DNA from: a virus
DNA: 47,800 nt
Direction: 5' to 3' (one strand)
Virus genome (UHGV): UHGV-0066790
Below the pieces are notes generated by a model. The model searched no databases and had not been told where the DNA came from. It saw only the letters and a program-made list of their open reading frames with translations. The position numbers and the translations under genes are program-made. Of this stretch, positions 36,902-45,545 are shown in pieces (the first letter of the stretch is position 1; each line of letters starts with the position of its first letter).

Positions 36902-37372
36902 CTATACCTTGTGTGACAAATCGACGCATTCATCACCGCGGAACGGGCACAGCTTCGCGTGCTTTCTGCGCGTCTCCGGGTCCATGGTCTTGCGTATGTC
37001 GTTGATGTCGTCCGGGTTCATGAGATCAACCACGGACAGGCCGAGGCGCTTCAAAATCCACTGCTTAACCGTCTCCCCTCCGAGTCCTGCCAGCACCACG
37101 GCCCCGGCAATCTGCATTTCCGGCGTCACGTCGGGAACCACAAGCGGCAGAAGAAGCACACACCCCACGGCAAGGGACGTGGTCAAAACGGCGTTCAGAA
37201 GTACCGTCACGACCTTCTGCGCCCGCGTGCGCTGTTTGTACCCACGCTTGAGCTGATGCAGCGCAGAAGCCAGTGCGATAGCCCCGGCGAGGGATATAAG
37301 CGGCCACGTCCCGCGCACGGCTTCGATGTATTCGGCGGCATGGTCAGCGCCTTCCTTCCCTACCTGATTCAT
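36902..37372 (-). CDS. Holin (three TM segments)
   Basis: ATG (MNQVGKEG...). Hydrophobic helices LISLAGAIALASAL, VVTVLLNAVLTTSLAVGCVLLLPLVV, IAGAVVLAGLG. Last gene of the lysis cassette. Confidence 0.5.
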   Translation of the reverse strand: MNQVGKEGADHAAEYIEAVRGTWPLISLAGAIALASALHQLKRGYKQRTRAQKVVTVLLNAVLTTSLAVGCVLLLPLVVPDVTPEMQIAGAVVLAGLGGETVKQWILKRLGLSVVDLMNPDDINDIRKTMDPETRRKHAKLCPFRGDECVDLSHKV

Positions 37373-37653
37373 CGGCCTGCCTCCCCCGTCACATCGTATA
37401 TCCACTGCGCAAGGCGTCCGGCGTCACTGCTGTCCATCCACACGCCCGGCGTCCCGTTCAGTTCCAGACGTTGCAGGCTTGTCAGGACTGGAAGCGCCGG
37501 CACTTCCTGGGTTGAGCTGAGATATGAGCACCCCGGCACCATCAGAAGCAACACTACGGCGGAACTCAGCAGCGCGGGCCGCGTCCGCCTTTTCCAGCAG
37601 GCGCAGGCCCAGCTGCAAGAGAGCCGAGAGAAAAGCCGCCCACGCGTCCACAT
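37369..37653 (-). CDS. Putative lipoprotein (o-spanin-like)
   Basis: Basic n-region then LLSSAVVLLLMVPGC lipobox-like motif. Start overlaps the upstream stop. Confidence 0.35.
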   Translation of the reverse strand: MWTRGRLFSRLSCSWACACWKRRTRPALLSSAVVLLLMVPGCSYLSSTQEVPALPVLTSLQRLELNGTPGVWMDSSDAGRLAQWIYDVTGEAGR

Positions 37654-37943
37654 CACTTCCCCATGACCTGCTTCACGGCCTGCTGAACTTCCGGGGCCTT
37701 GCCGTCCGCCACGGCGCCCTTGTTCTGCCCGAAATGTGCGGCAAGGGCGTGCGTCCAGCGGTAGAAGACGGCATAGGCCCCGGACGTTTCTTTGGGCACG
37801 GGAAGCCAGATGGTCGCGACGGCAGCCACACCGCACAGGGACATGAGCACGGCGACGGCGGTGACGATCCACGAGGCTTCGGGGTACTGCGCGGCAAGGC
37901 TTGCCAGTGTCGAAAAAAGGAAATCAATCACGGTCTGTTCCAT
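37653..37943 (-). CDS. Holin-like membrane protein (two TM segments)
   Basis: ATG (MEQTVIDFLFSTLASLAAQY...WIVTAVAVLMSLCGVAAVATIWL). Start overlaps the endolysin stop. Confidence 0.45.
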   Translation of the reverse strand: MEQTVIDFLFSTLASLAAQYPEASWIVTAVAVLMSLCGVAAVATIWLPVPKETSGAYAVFYRWTHALAAHFGQNKGAVADGKAPEVQQAVKQVMGK

Positions 37944-38329
37944 CAGTATTTGCCTCCCTGCTGGTAGAACGCCACGTCGCGCGGCTTGTCCGGGTCGTTG
38001 TCCACATGAATCCATGTCGGGGCCAGCTCAATGCGCCGGAATCCGGCCTCAAGCAGGGCTTGCAGCATGGTGAAACGGGAATGGGAATCCACACAGCGGA
38101 TGTCCACGGCGTAACCTCTCGTATGGGCGGAGGTGGGCACGCCGCCGACCGCCTTGTTGTGCTTCGGACAGCGGTAGGCGGAAGAAAGGGGGAACGGGAT
38201 GCCCGCCAGATCGCGGGCCTCGTCGAGCATCTGGAGCAGGTCGGCGTCCATCTTCTCCATGCCCGCACCGCACCCGCACTTGCAGCGGAATTCGACCGGG
38301 GAGAAGTGGCGCAAGGGAAGAACAGCCAT
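37943..38329 (-). CDS. Endolysin, peptidase M15 (L-Ala-D-Glu/D-Ala-D-Ala peptidase) family
   Basis: RBS AGGAGGA. Motifs SAYRCPKHNKAVGG, SAHTRGYAVDI, H..D metal ligands. Confidence 0.65.
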   Translation of the reverse strand: MAVLPLRHFSPVEFRCKCGCGAGMEKMDADLLQMLDEARDLAGIPFPLSSAYRCPKHNKAVGGVPTSAHTRGYAVDIRCVDSHSRFTMLQALLEAGFRRIELAPTWIHVDNDPDKPRDVAFYQQGGKY

Positions 38330-38377
38330 AAAAAATATCCTCCTGCGTCCACTCTCGCACAAGAGAATAGGGGGAGG

Positions 38378-38394
38378 ACACCGTGAACAAGGTT
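38378..38394 (-). promoter_or_regulatory. 17-bp late-operator motif, copy B (CACCGTGAACAAGGTTC)
   Basis: Lies between the C-like activator stop and the endolysin start, about 50 nt upstream of the endolysin ATG. Coordinates are approximate (+/-1). Confidence 0.5.
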
Positions 38395-38787
38395 CTACAA
38401 CAGCCGATATTGCTGCTGTGGTTCCGGGGTCCCGCAAAGCTGCTTTTTGAGCCGACGGACGTACCTGGTGGTCACGCCAAGGGCTTCGGCGATGGCGTCC
38501 GGCTTCTCCCCTGCTTCCAGACGGGACAGGATACGTCCTTTGAACGGTTCACCACGGCGCAGGTTGGGCACGACGATCTGCATCCCCCCAAATTTTGTAC
38601 AGAGGGCCGCCATACGCTGCCGACCAAGCAACTTCAGAAGAAAACCTGTGGGCTTCCGGGGGATAAAGCATGAACGTCCACCGCACTGTGCGCAGAGGAT
38701 GACCGCCCCCACGTCACCGATGGCCTCTGACAGTTCGAACTGGCTCACCCACACGTCACTCATGAGCACCAACCTCGTGTTCCCCAA
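38395..38787 (-). CDS. Mor/C-family transcriptional activator (late activator C-like)
   Basis: C-terminal HTH AIAEALGVTTRYVRRL. Central FGGMQIVVPNLRRGEPFKGRILSRLEAGEKPD. Track start is TTG; an internal ATG is also possible. Confidence 0.6.
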   Translation of the reverse strand: MGNTRLVLMSDVWVSQFELSEAIGDVGAVILCAQCGGRSCFIPRKPTGFLLKLLGRQRMAALCTKFGGMQIVVPNLRRGEPFKGRILSRLEAGEKPDAIAEALGVTTRYVRRLKKQLCGTPEPQQQYRLL

Positions 38788-39058
38788 GCCAGAGCCGCAG
38801 TGCGGTCACAGCTACATCGAGGGCTTCGTCGCGGATACGCTCCGGGGTTTCGTGCTCAACGGCGTGTACAAGCTCACGGTACTCCCCCCCGATAACGCCG
38901 AGCGCATGGTATTTGCCCTCCGCGAAAACAGGGTGCTTCCCGCGTGCTTCCGACAGCCGCTGCATGAGTGCCGCAAGAGCCTGTTCACCAAGTATCGTGA
39001 TGTCGATGTTATGCACTGGTAGCCTCCTTGTGGGCGTCAAGCTCGTCGGTATAGGCAC
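38756..39058 (-). CDS. MazG-like nucleotide pyrophosphohydrolase-fold protein (putative)
   Basis: GKHPVFAEGKYHALGVIGGEYRELVHAVEHE...RIRDEALDVAVTALRL resembles the MazG/NTP-PPase helical core. Confidence 0.35.
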   Translation of the reverse strand: MPIPTSLTPTRRLPVHNIDITILGEQALAALMQRLSEARGKHPVFAEGKYHALGVIGGEYRELVHAVEHETPERIRDEALDVAVTALRLWLGEHEVGAHE

Positions 39059-39190
39059 AGACGCCGTACCCGTGATGAGTTGCCCTGTCGCAGTCGTGGA
39101 CGGGGTAGGCGTAGCGGATCATGAGGAGGCGGCTAACTCCGGTGTAGGCTGTGATGGCCTTCCAGCCGAGCAGCAATTTCCGTTCATTCA

Positions 39191-39619
39191 TTACGCTTCC
39201 TCCTGTGTGTACACGGCTACCTCCCAATGCGGGACGGCGGCGTAGCGTTTTGAACAGCGTAGGGCCACCACCTGCTTATCATCCCTCCAGAACCCCGCGC
39301 GCGTCATGGCGTCTTTGAGCTGCTTCGCCATGTTGTCGAGGTCCGGCTTCTTCGTATGGGCGATTTCGCCGCGTAACATGGCCTCTCGTTGTTTTTTCGA
39401 GGTCGATGCAGGTATGGGCATCCCCGCGATGAATTCGAGTACGAGCGGCCCATCTAAAGGCTTTTCCGGGGCGCGCTTCGAAAGAAGATCATCAAGCACG
39501 GCTTCCGCGCTCTTCTGCCCGGCAGACTTGTAAGCCACGCTGTGCCCACAACGGACGGTGTGCCGGACTCGGGCCTGTGCCGTGGGCGTGCAGGACAAGG
39601 TGAAGCGTAAGACCGTCAT
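39191..39619 (-). CDS. rusA: RusA-family Holliday junction resolvase
   Basis: ATG (MTVLRFTLSCTPTAQARV...). Motifs HTKKPDLDNMAKQLKDAMTRAGFWRDDKQVVAL match RusA. Confidence 0.7.
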   Translation of the reverse strand: MTVLRFTLSCTPTAQARVRHTVRCGHSVAYKSAGQKSAEAVLDDLLSKRAPEKPLDGPLVLEFIAGMPIPASTSKKQREAMLRGEIAHTKKPDLDNMAKQLKDAMTRAGFWRDDKQVVALRCSKRYAAVPHWEVAVYTQEEA

Positions 39620-40170
39620 AACGCCGCCTTCCTGTTGTCCGAGGTTCTCGGCTGTTTTAAAATGCGCCACACCTGCCGTTCGGAAAGCCCGTGCAGCGTG
39701 GCGAGCCTGGCGACAAGCGCTCTTTCACTCAGCCCCTTACGAGCCAACTCGTCCCGCTCGGCGTTGATGTCCATGTCCCGTGCGCGGATCTTCGCCCGGC
39801 GCAAAGTGGGGATATAGATTCTCGTACCGCCATAGGTGTGCAGAAAGTCGGAAAGGGCATCCTGCCCCAAGAAGGCGCACAATTCCCGAGTTAGCTGCGT
39901 CTTCCGGCTTTTGGCGGGAATAATAAGAGTTATACCCGCGAAGCGTTCAATCATGTGCCGGACAAAGGGCTTTCCGAAACGGTCGGACATGTCTTGCAGT
40001 GTTTCCGGCAACGATTCTTCCCTGTACGTGCTCATCACACACTCCTTTTCATCAAATGCCCCAACACACGCACCGGGGCCGAAAATTTCACAATACCTTG
40101 GGCACTCAAACATGAACCAACCCAAGAACAGACAAAAGCCAATGCGCGGTTTTTGGCCCGATAGCCCCAT
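39616..40170 (-). CDS. Mor/C-family transcriptional activator (Mor-like paralog)
   Basis: GGTRIYIPT...RDMDINAERDELARKGLSERALVARLATLHGLSERQVWRIL matches the Mor family. Real start probably an internal ATG (MSTYREESLPE...). Confidence 0.6.
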   Translation of the reverse strand: MGLSGQKPRIGFCLFLGWFMFECPRYCEIFGPGACVGAFDEKECVMSTYREESLPETLQDMSDRFGKPFVRHMIERFAGITLIIPAKSRKTQLTRELCAFLGQDALSDFLHTYGGTRIYIPTLRRAKIRARDMDINAERDELARKGLSERALVARLATLHGLSERQVWRILKQPRTSDNRKAAL

Positions 40171-40221
40171 GACATGCGGCGGATACGATGCAGCCCTTCA
40201 AAAACCAGCGGATACTGAGCA

Positions 40222-40509
40222 TCAATTCCCTCCCCAAAACTCTTGACCGTTATGCTCACATATCAATGCTGCAATCCGTTTAGCCATTGGCTGTGTGACC
40301 CATGTTTTTTCCTGCATATGGAAAATCCAACTGAGTGCGCCGCAGATTGTCTCGCAATCCTTGAGGGGAATTTCATATTTCCATTCATTCGGCCTATCGA
40401 TGACGATGAGATCGCCAACGATATTGATCGTCCTATTTACCTCTATTCTTTCTTCACAAAGGTCAAAAACAGCATCCATAAGCTCTTTGAACGTTTTTGC
40501 TTCACACAT
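40222..40509 (-). CDS. Hypothetical protein (low-GC segment)
   Basis: 95-aa ORF within the AT-rich block 40200-41300. Confidence 0.4.
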   Translation of the reverse strand: MCEAKTFKELMDAVFDLCEERIEVNRTINIVGDLIVIDRPNEWKYEIPLKDCETICGALSWIFHMQEKTWVTQPMAKRIAALICEHNGQEFWGGN

Positions 40510-40510
40510 A

Positions 40511-42301
40511 TCATTCTCCGTAAAAATCTATTATTTCTTGCGTCTTTTGAATCTCTGCAATCTGCTTGCAGTAATCGCCGATTGAATCAATGAGGCGTTT
40601 CCTGTCTTTTTCAGCCCAAAAAACCAAATGTGGGTTGTAATCCGGTATCTCCTGAATAGGTGAGGAGTCATAAAAATAACCATCAAGCAGCCTAAAGAAC
40701 TGTTCTCTTCCTTCAGGATTGAATCCTGATCTATAGTTCTTGCATTTGGTCACCTTCATGCTTCCAACTATGCCGTTTGGGAGATGCCCGTGCGTGAAAA
40801 GAGAAATGCCGAGTCTTGCTTTTTCGAGAGTGAATTCCCCACCTCTTCCGAACATCTCCCCTTTCTTCTTCTGAATCGTAATGATTGCGATTCCATTTTG
40901 AAGACGATCAAAAATCTTTTTGATGTCTCCCCCTATTTTCGAAAAATCTTCATAAACTTCCAAGAAATCAACAATATTGATGCCATTTGGGTCTATGGCA
41001 TCATGAAAATGATTGGAACGCTGAATAAACGTTGTAAATTTCGACCATTCTTCAACCGCAAGCCCAAAACGTTCTATGCGTCCCCTGATTTCATTCGGCG
41101 TCATTTCAGAAGAGAGATAGCGGATCTTGTGCTTGTGCCTGTTCATGTAGCAAAAATTGAAAAGCAGGCCCGTCTTCCCCGAGTTTGTTTCGCCAGCGAT
41201 CACGATGATATTCCGGGGCTGGACAAAGCACATTCTGTGAAGTCCAAAGGGGAGCCACAAATCCAACGGTGGGGTTTCCTCTTGTACAAGGTCTATGACT
41301 TCCAATCCGCTTTCACGCTTGCGATACCATCCGGAGCGTTTCCCGCAGGGCTCGATTTCCCCACGAGAAAGAAGCTCCCGAAGTTCCTGCTGGCACAGTT
41401 CCCTGTCTTCGGCTTTCAGGATGCCAAGATCGCGGTAAATATCTGCAATGCAAAACTCGCCCGAAGACATGGCAACCCAGCGGGATACCCCCCCTGCGTT
41501 GAGCTTCTGTGGGTTTCTGTTCCTGTGTGTCGAAGCCATGCTCCGCACAATCGTGTTCACTTCCGTGTCCGGCAACGGTGGTTTGCAGTGCGCACGGTTC
41601 CATGCCTGCGCATACAGCAAAACCTCTTCCCCCCGCAGCCCCCTGGCGTACATCCTCCCGCAAAGACTGGTAATCGCCTGATTTCTACCGCCCTTTTGAA
41701 CGTCAGCATCATGATCCGTCGCCGAACCATCCTGGACTTCTTTGACCTCGTATTTATCTTCACCCACTCGAACCAGCTGGATATCCGGCAGGGGGACAAG
41801 GGAATCTATGCCGGAAAAGCCATCAAGCTGATGCGCCCGATACTCCGCCCCGGAAGGGTGTATCGACGGAGCAAACACGACATAGGAGCCATCCCCGCGC
41901 ACGTCGATTTCATCGTTCACCAGCGAGACGGACGGAGGAATACGCCTTCCCCCGCCGGGATGCTGATAGAACGCGTGGAACTTGTCCTTTGCCGAAGTCA
42001 TTTGGTACCAGTTGGGGCGCGGCATATGAGACTTGAACCACGCTTGACCCTTCGGCCCGTCGACATCGATCGCCACCACGCCCGAAACTTCGCCGCATAC
42101 CAGTGCGATATTTGCGTTGGGCTCGATTTCAAACCAGCCGCGGATTTCTTCAGGCGTGGGTATCCTATGCTGAAATTCTTCCCATTTTCCGCCGGGAAGA
42201 GCCTTTGCCAATGGGCGCTTTGACTGCGGAACGAGCGGAATGACGCTGCATCCCATCGCCTGCAACCTGAGCGCGGATTCAAGACAACGGGCGGCCATCA
42301 C
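40511..42301 (-). CDS. Bifunctional primase-polymerase (PrimPol + PriCT-1) fused to a RecA-like/DnaB-like helicase ATPase
   Basis: N-terminus SVIPLVPQSKRPL...NIALVCGEVSGVVAIDVD (Prim-Pol). Middle NQAITSLCGRMYARGLRGEEVLLYAQAWN (PriCT). C-terminus IIVIAGETNSGKTGLL Walker A. Confidence 0.75.
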   Translation of the reverse strand: MMAARCLESALRLQAMGCSVIPLVPQSKRPLAKALPGGKWEEFQHRIPTPEEIRGWFEIEPNANIALVCGEVSGVVAIDVDGPKGQAWFKSHMPRPNWYQMTSAKDKFHAFYQHPGGGRRIPPSVSLVNDEIDVRGDGSYVVFAPSIHPSGAEYRAHQLDGFSGIDSLVPLPDIQLVRVGEDKYEVKEVQDGSATDHDADVQKGGRNQAITSLCGRMYARGLRGEEVLLYAQAWNRAHCKPPLPDTEVNTIVRSMASTHRNRNPQKLNAGGVSRWVAMSSGEFCIADIYRDLGILKAEDRELCQQELRELLSRGEIEPCGKRSGWYRKRESGLEVIDLVQEETPPLDLWLPFGLHRMCFVQPRNIIVIAGETNSGKTGLLFNFCYMNRHKHKIRYLSSEMTPNEIRGRIERFGLAVEEWSKFTTFIQRSNHFHDAIDPNGINIVDFLEVYEDFSKIGGDIKKIFDRLQNGIAIITIQKKKGEMFGRGGEFTLEKARLGISLFTHGHLPNGIVGSMKVTKCKNYRSGFNPEGREQFFRLLDGYFYDSSPIQEIPDYNPHLVFWAEKDRKRLIDSIGDYCKQIAEIQKTQEIIDFYGE

Positions 42302-43452
42302 AGCAACCCCTCGGCCTCAAGCTCGGCATACATGCGGTCGCAGTTCTCCTCCACCTGCTCGACAGTCAGGCCCGGTTTCCACATCCCGCCGTTGTACTTC
42401 GCATAAATCGCGGAAGCCCTTTCATTCCTCGCCCGCTGTTCCGGCGTCGTATCGCTGAAACAGCCCGCATCTTCCCAGCCACGATTGTGCAGCCATGTCG
42501 AGAAATAGGGCACGTATTTCCCGTTTTCTCGCTCCCAATCGGGCTCGAACTTGCGATACGTTATGCGCTCGATGAGGTCGTCCGTTTCCGGCAATGCGCC
42601 AGCTTTCAAAAGCTCCATGTAGGCCTTGTAAGCCTTTCCCTTGGCATCCTTGCGCGGGTATTTGGCCCAAATTCGCTCGAACTGCTCGGTGTACGGTGGA
42701 AGATCCGCCCCTTTCGGCATACGCGGTGTCTTCGCTTTTCGGCCCTTCGCCTCACATGGCCTGGTGTCCATGCTGTTGGCGCGGCTACCGGTGTCCGACG
42801 TGTTCGTAACATCGCCATTCGGGGGGCAGCACGGCCTAGGTTCCATGCCGCCCGCCTGAAGGCTGCTCTGAGCCTTGATTTCATCTGCGGCCAAACTGGC
42901 CTCACATGGCCTGGTATCCATGCTGTTGGCACTGGTTCCGCAACTGAGTTCGTACTCGTCCGCACACACTTTCCCCCCCGTGGGGGGTAAGGGGGGTGTA
43001 TTTATTCTTTCTTTCTTACCTTCTTTGATAGTGTCCACTGGTCGACCATCGGTTGACCAGTGGTTGACCATCGGTTGACCACAGTTGTTTTCTACAGACT
43101 GATAACTATGCCAATTTGTTATAGTTACAAGCGTATATCGGTTGTTCATGTTTGAGCGCGTCAGGAAGCCGTCAAGTTCAAGATTCCGCAACATGCGAAC
43201 AACCGAAGTTCTGGGTATGTCGAGTTCATCCGCAAGGCACTCACCGCTGAACGCCAGCTGACCCGGCAGGATTTTTTGCCCGTGAAAGTACCCTTGCTTC
43301 CAGTTCGCCTTCTGGAGAAGGGTAATCATCAGCCCACGATACAGTGCGCCCCGACTCCACGCCTTCGAGTCCTCTATTTTTCGATAGATTTTGAAAAAAC
43401 CGCGTTCCATATTACACCTTTCCCTTGACGGAACGCCTAGCATCTGGCACAC
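42298..43452 (-). CDS. Replication initiator (lambda O-like / replisome organiser) with iterons embedded in the coding sequence
   Basis: N-terminal winged-helix region MERGFFKIYRKIEDSKAWSRGALYRGLMITLL...LADELDIPRTSVVRMLRNLELDGFL. Low-complexity linker encoded by direct repeats. Conserved C-terminal domain. Confidence 0.55.
   Translation of the reverse strand: MCQMLGVPSRERCNMERGFFKIYRKIEDSKAWSRGALYRGLMITLLQKANWKQGYFHGQKILPGQLAFSGECLADELDIPRTSVVRMLRNLELDGFLTRSNMNNRYTLVTITNWHSYQSVENNCGQPMVNHWSTDGRPVDTIKEGKKERINTPPLPPTGGKVCADEYELSCGTSANSMDTRPCEASLAADEIKAQSSLQAGGMEPRPCCPPNGDVTNTSDTGSRANSMDTRPCEAKGRKAKTPRMPKGADLPPYTEQFERIWAKYPRKDAKGKAYKAYMELLKAGALPETDDLIERITYRKFEPDWERENGKYVPYFSTWLHNRGWEDAGCFSDTTPEQRARNERASAIYAKYNGGMWKPGLTVEQVEENCDRMYAELEAEGLL
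42750..43130. repeat. Candidate origin of replication (iterons, direct repeats, inverted repeat)
   Basis: 4 x 11-bp tandem GGT(C/T)GACCA(T/G)N at 43040-43083. 30-bp direct repeat CCTCACATGGCCTGGT(G/A)TCCATGCTGTTGGC at 42750 and 42900 with a degenerate copy at about 42832. C7-GT-G6 hairpin at about 42975. AT-rich IR TAACTAT..ATAGTTA at about 43103-43127. Confidence 0.5.
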
Positions 43453-43530
43453 TCATTCCATCATTCTGATGAATTCGCATGTTTCATCTTCCCTTGGCCC
43501 GATGTTCCCGCATCGGGCCTTTTCTTTTGC

Positions 43531-43740
43531 CTATGCCTTGAAACCTTCAAGTTCTACTTCAATAATGTCCGGCCTCTTCTCGCAGTACAGGCGGCAGAAG
43601 TTCACGTCTTTGACGTAGCCGTTTCTCGTAAACCACGCCGGGACTCCGTACTCTTTCGACCAGTCCGCGAAGCACAGGACGCGCCGCCCATCACGGTGAA
43701 GCCGACCGTGAAGGCAGGGGCCCGGCCCTACCAGTCCCAT
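43531..43740 (-). CDS. Small hypothetical protein
   Basis: 69-aa ORF between the zinc-ribbon gene and the initiator. Start uncertain. Confidence 0.3.
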   Translation of the reverse strand: MGLVGPGPCLHGRLHRDGRRVLCFADWSKEYGVPAWFTRNGYVKDVNFCRLYCEKRPDIIEVELEGFKA

Positions 43741-44162
43741 TCCATCCCCCCGGATCTTCTTCCGTGAAATTCGTATGAGGGAAGCCCCTCAGCGTCGGAT
43801 CCTTTACGCAGCTTTTCCCAGCATTGAGGGCATCTGTAGTCAGTGATCCACCGCCCACAGCTCTTGCCGGCAACCCCCGCGCACAGATGCTTTCCCTTGC
43901 GGGGGTCTGCCTTGGCTGCGCTTTTTTTTGCGAGATACGCTTCCCGGCTCAAGCCGCTTTGCGCTGCGCTGGCACAGATGCGGGAGCAAAAACGCGGGTT
44001 CTTGCGGTTGAGGGGATTGAACTCCTTTCCGCAGCATTCGCACTTGGCCTCTTTTTTCTGGGTGGCGGCAATCTGGCACTCCTTCGAGCAGTACCTTGCC
44101 GAATGCTCGCGGCTGGGAGTCACCTCAAACATCCGGCCGTGTTGGCAAATTAGGATCGGCAT
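43728..44162 (-). CDS. Cys-rich zinc-ribbon protein
   Basis: 144 aa with several CxxC pairs (CQHGR..C.KEC, CECCGKEF, CSRIC, CPQC). First gene of the leftward early operon. Confidence 0.45.
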   Translation of the reverse strand: MPILICQHGRMFEVTPSREHSARYCSKECQIAATQKKEAKCECCGKEFNPLNRKNPRFCSRICASAAQSGLSREAYLAKKSAAKADPRKGKHLCAGVAGKSCGRWITDYRCPQCWEKLRKGSDAEGLPSYEFHGRRSGGMEWDW

Positions 44163-44822
44163 TCTCCCTTCCTCCCTTAGTTGGGTAAAATGTCCTGTTT
44201 CAGCGTTTTTTCAAACTTCGCAGAATCTCAAAAAGAATTGAAAACGGATTTTGAGATTCCGTGCCCCTTTTTCATCTTTCCCGTGCTCCCCATTCCGGCA
44301 AGAGGGCGGGAACCGCCCTGACCCTAGTTCTCGGTAGGCGAAGAGTTCAGGAAATGCCGAGAACCAAAAGGCAGAAAGGCATTTGGGCTTTCCCTGAGTT
44401 CCGGGTGGTGAGTCTCAGGAGCAAAGGCAAAGTCTCGCCCTTACCCGCTATCACACGGGGGCAGGACATTGCCTCGACAGGTTCCGGTATGGAGCCGTCC
44501 CTATCGCTTCGGCAGCCACACGCAGGCATCATGCTGTGACCTTGGAGCTTTCCGGCTGATGCGCCGTCTTGCGAGATTGTCCCTTCTCCACTTTCGTCTC
44601 TGGACACCCCGACACTCGCTTCGTGGCTTCGGGGGATTTCATGAGACATCACCGCCACCGTCTGAATACCGTCCAGTGATGCCGCCCCTTGAGCGGTGGC
44701 CTACTCCCTCCTGTTCGCTTCTTCGCGGGGCGGTTGGGTGTGCCCTGTTGACTTCTTTTTAGATAAAGTGTACCTCTTTGTCAATGCAAAAAAATACGCC
44801 AAGAGCAAAAGGAGAAATGTAG

Positions 44823-45158
44823 GTGCTAAACGAAACCGGGATGGTCGCATTTGAAGAATCCATCCGAAAAGCACTTGAGGAACGCCGCACAGTCATAGGC
44901 ATGACCGAACAAGCCCTTGGCTCGCTTGCATTCCCTCACGTTGCTGATTCTCGGAGAAAGGTTCAATCAATTAGGAAGGGGCAAGGCTCTGGCGAAAACA
45001 GGAAACCCCAGCAGTTGAGAATGACCGATGTGATGAATCTTTGCGCGGCACTGGGATTGCCGTGGGCGGACGTCATCAAGCAGGCTCTGGCTGAGGCTGA
45101 CCGGGCACAAAAAGAAGAGCAAGAGAAAATCAAAGCCCTCTTAGCAACGCAAAAATAA
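44823..45158 (+). CDS. Putative DNA-binding regulator (first rightward early gene)
   Basis: GTG start after AGGAGAAATGTAG. 111 aa with a basic middle and helical C-terminus. Divergent from the leftward operon across a 660-bp gap. Confidence 0.4.
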   Translation: MLNETGMVAFEESIRKALEERRTVIGMTEQALGSLAFPHVADSRRKVQSIRKGQGSGENRKPQQLRMTDVMNLCAALGLPWADVIKQALAEADRAQKEEQEKIKALLATQK

Positions 45159-45202
45159 TGTAACAGCCTGACAAAACATCGCTTATTTGAGCCGCCGTAA
45201 CT

Positions 45203-45227
45203 GGCGGCTTTTTTGTTGCTAAGTTTT
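45203..45227 (+). terminator. Rho-independent terminator
   Basis: GCCGCCGTAACTGGCGGC hairpin followed by TTTTTTG. Confidence 0.65.
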
Positions 45228-45251
45228 AGAAGAAAATTTTGCTTTTTTCTC

Positions 45252-45322
45252 TTGACGTAAAGGCAAAATTTACCTATTCTGTTTTCAACGAGACGGGGAA
45301 CGAACCCCGCCAAAAGGAGAAC
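45252..45322 (+). promoter_or_regulatory. Sigma70-like promoter P2 plus conserved leader
   Basis: TTGACG, 17-nt spacer, TATTCT. Leader GTTTTCAACGAGACGGGGAACGAACCCCGCCAAAAGGAGA carries a hairpin and shares a motif with P1 at 23238-23272. Confidence 0.5.
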
Positions 45323-45326
45323 AGCC

Positions 45327-45545
45327 ATGACCACCACGAACGCCGCCTACATCGTAATCAGCCAGAACCCGAACAACTCGGAACTGGATTGTGTTGATGA
45401 GTTCGACAGCTTCACAGAGGCTTGCGAGTTCGCGGAAGAGTTCGGCGGGGAAGTGGTTAACGCCAGCGACTACCAGCGCAAGGGATTGCTCGACGGCTGG
45501 TTCAGCGGATGGCTCTCCGAATCAGAAGCCCGCTACGCGGGGTAA
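45327..45545 (+). CDS. Small acidic hypothetical protein (72 aa)
   Basis: RBS AAAGGAGA. Stand-alone gene with its own promoter and the upstream terminator. Confidence 0.5.
   Translation: MTTTNAAYIVISQNPNNSELDCVDEFDSFTEACEFAEEFGGEVVNASDYQRKGLLDGWFSGWLSESEARYAG

Noticed and set aside
40784-42223. 479-aa + strand ORF
   Set aside because: Antisense to the primase-helicase gene.
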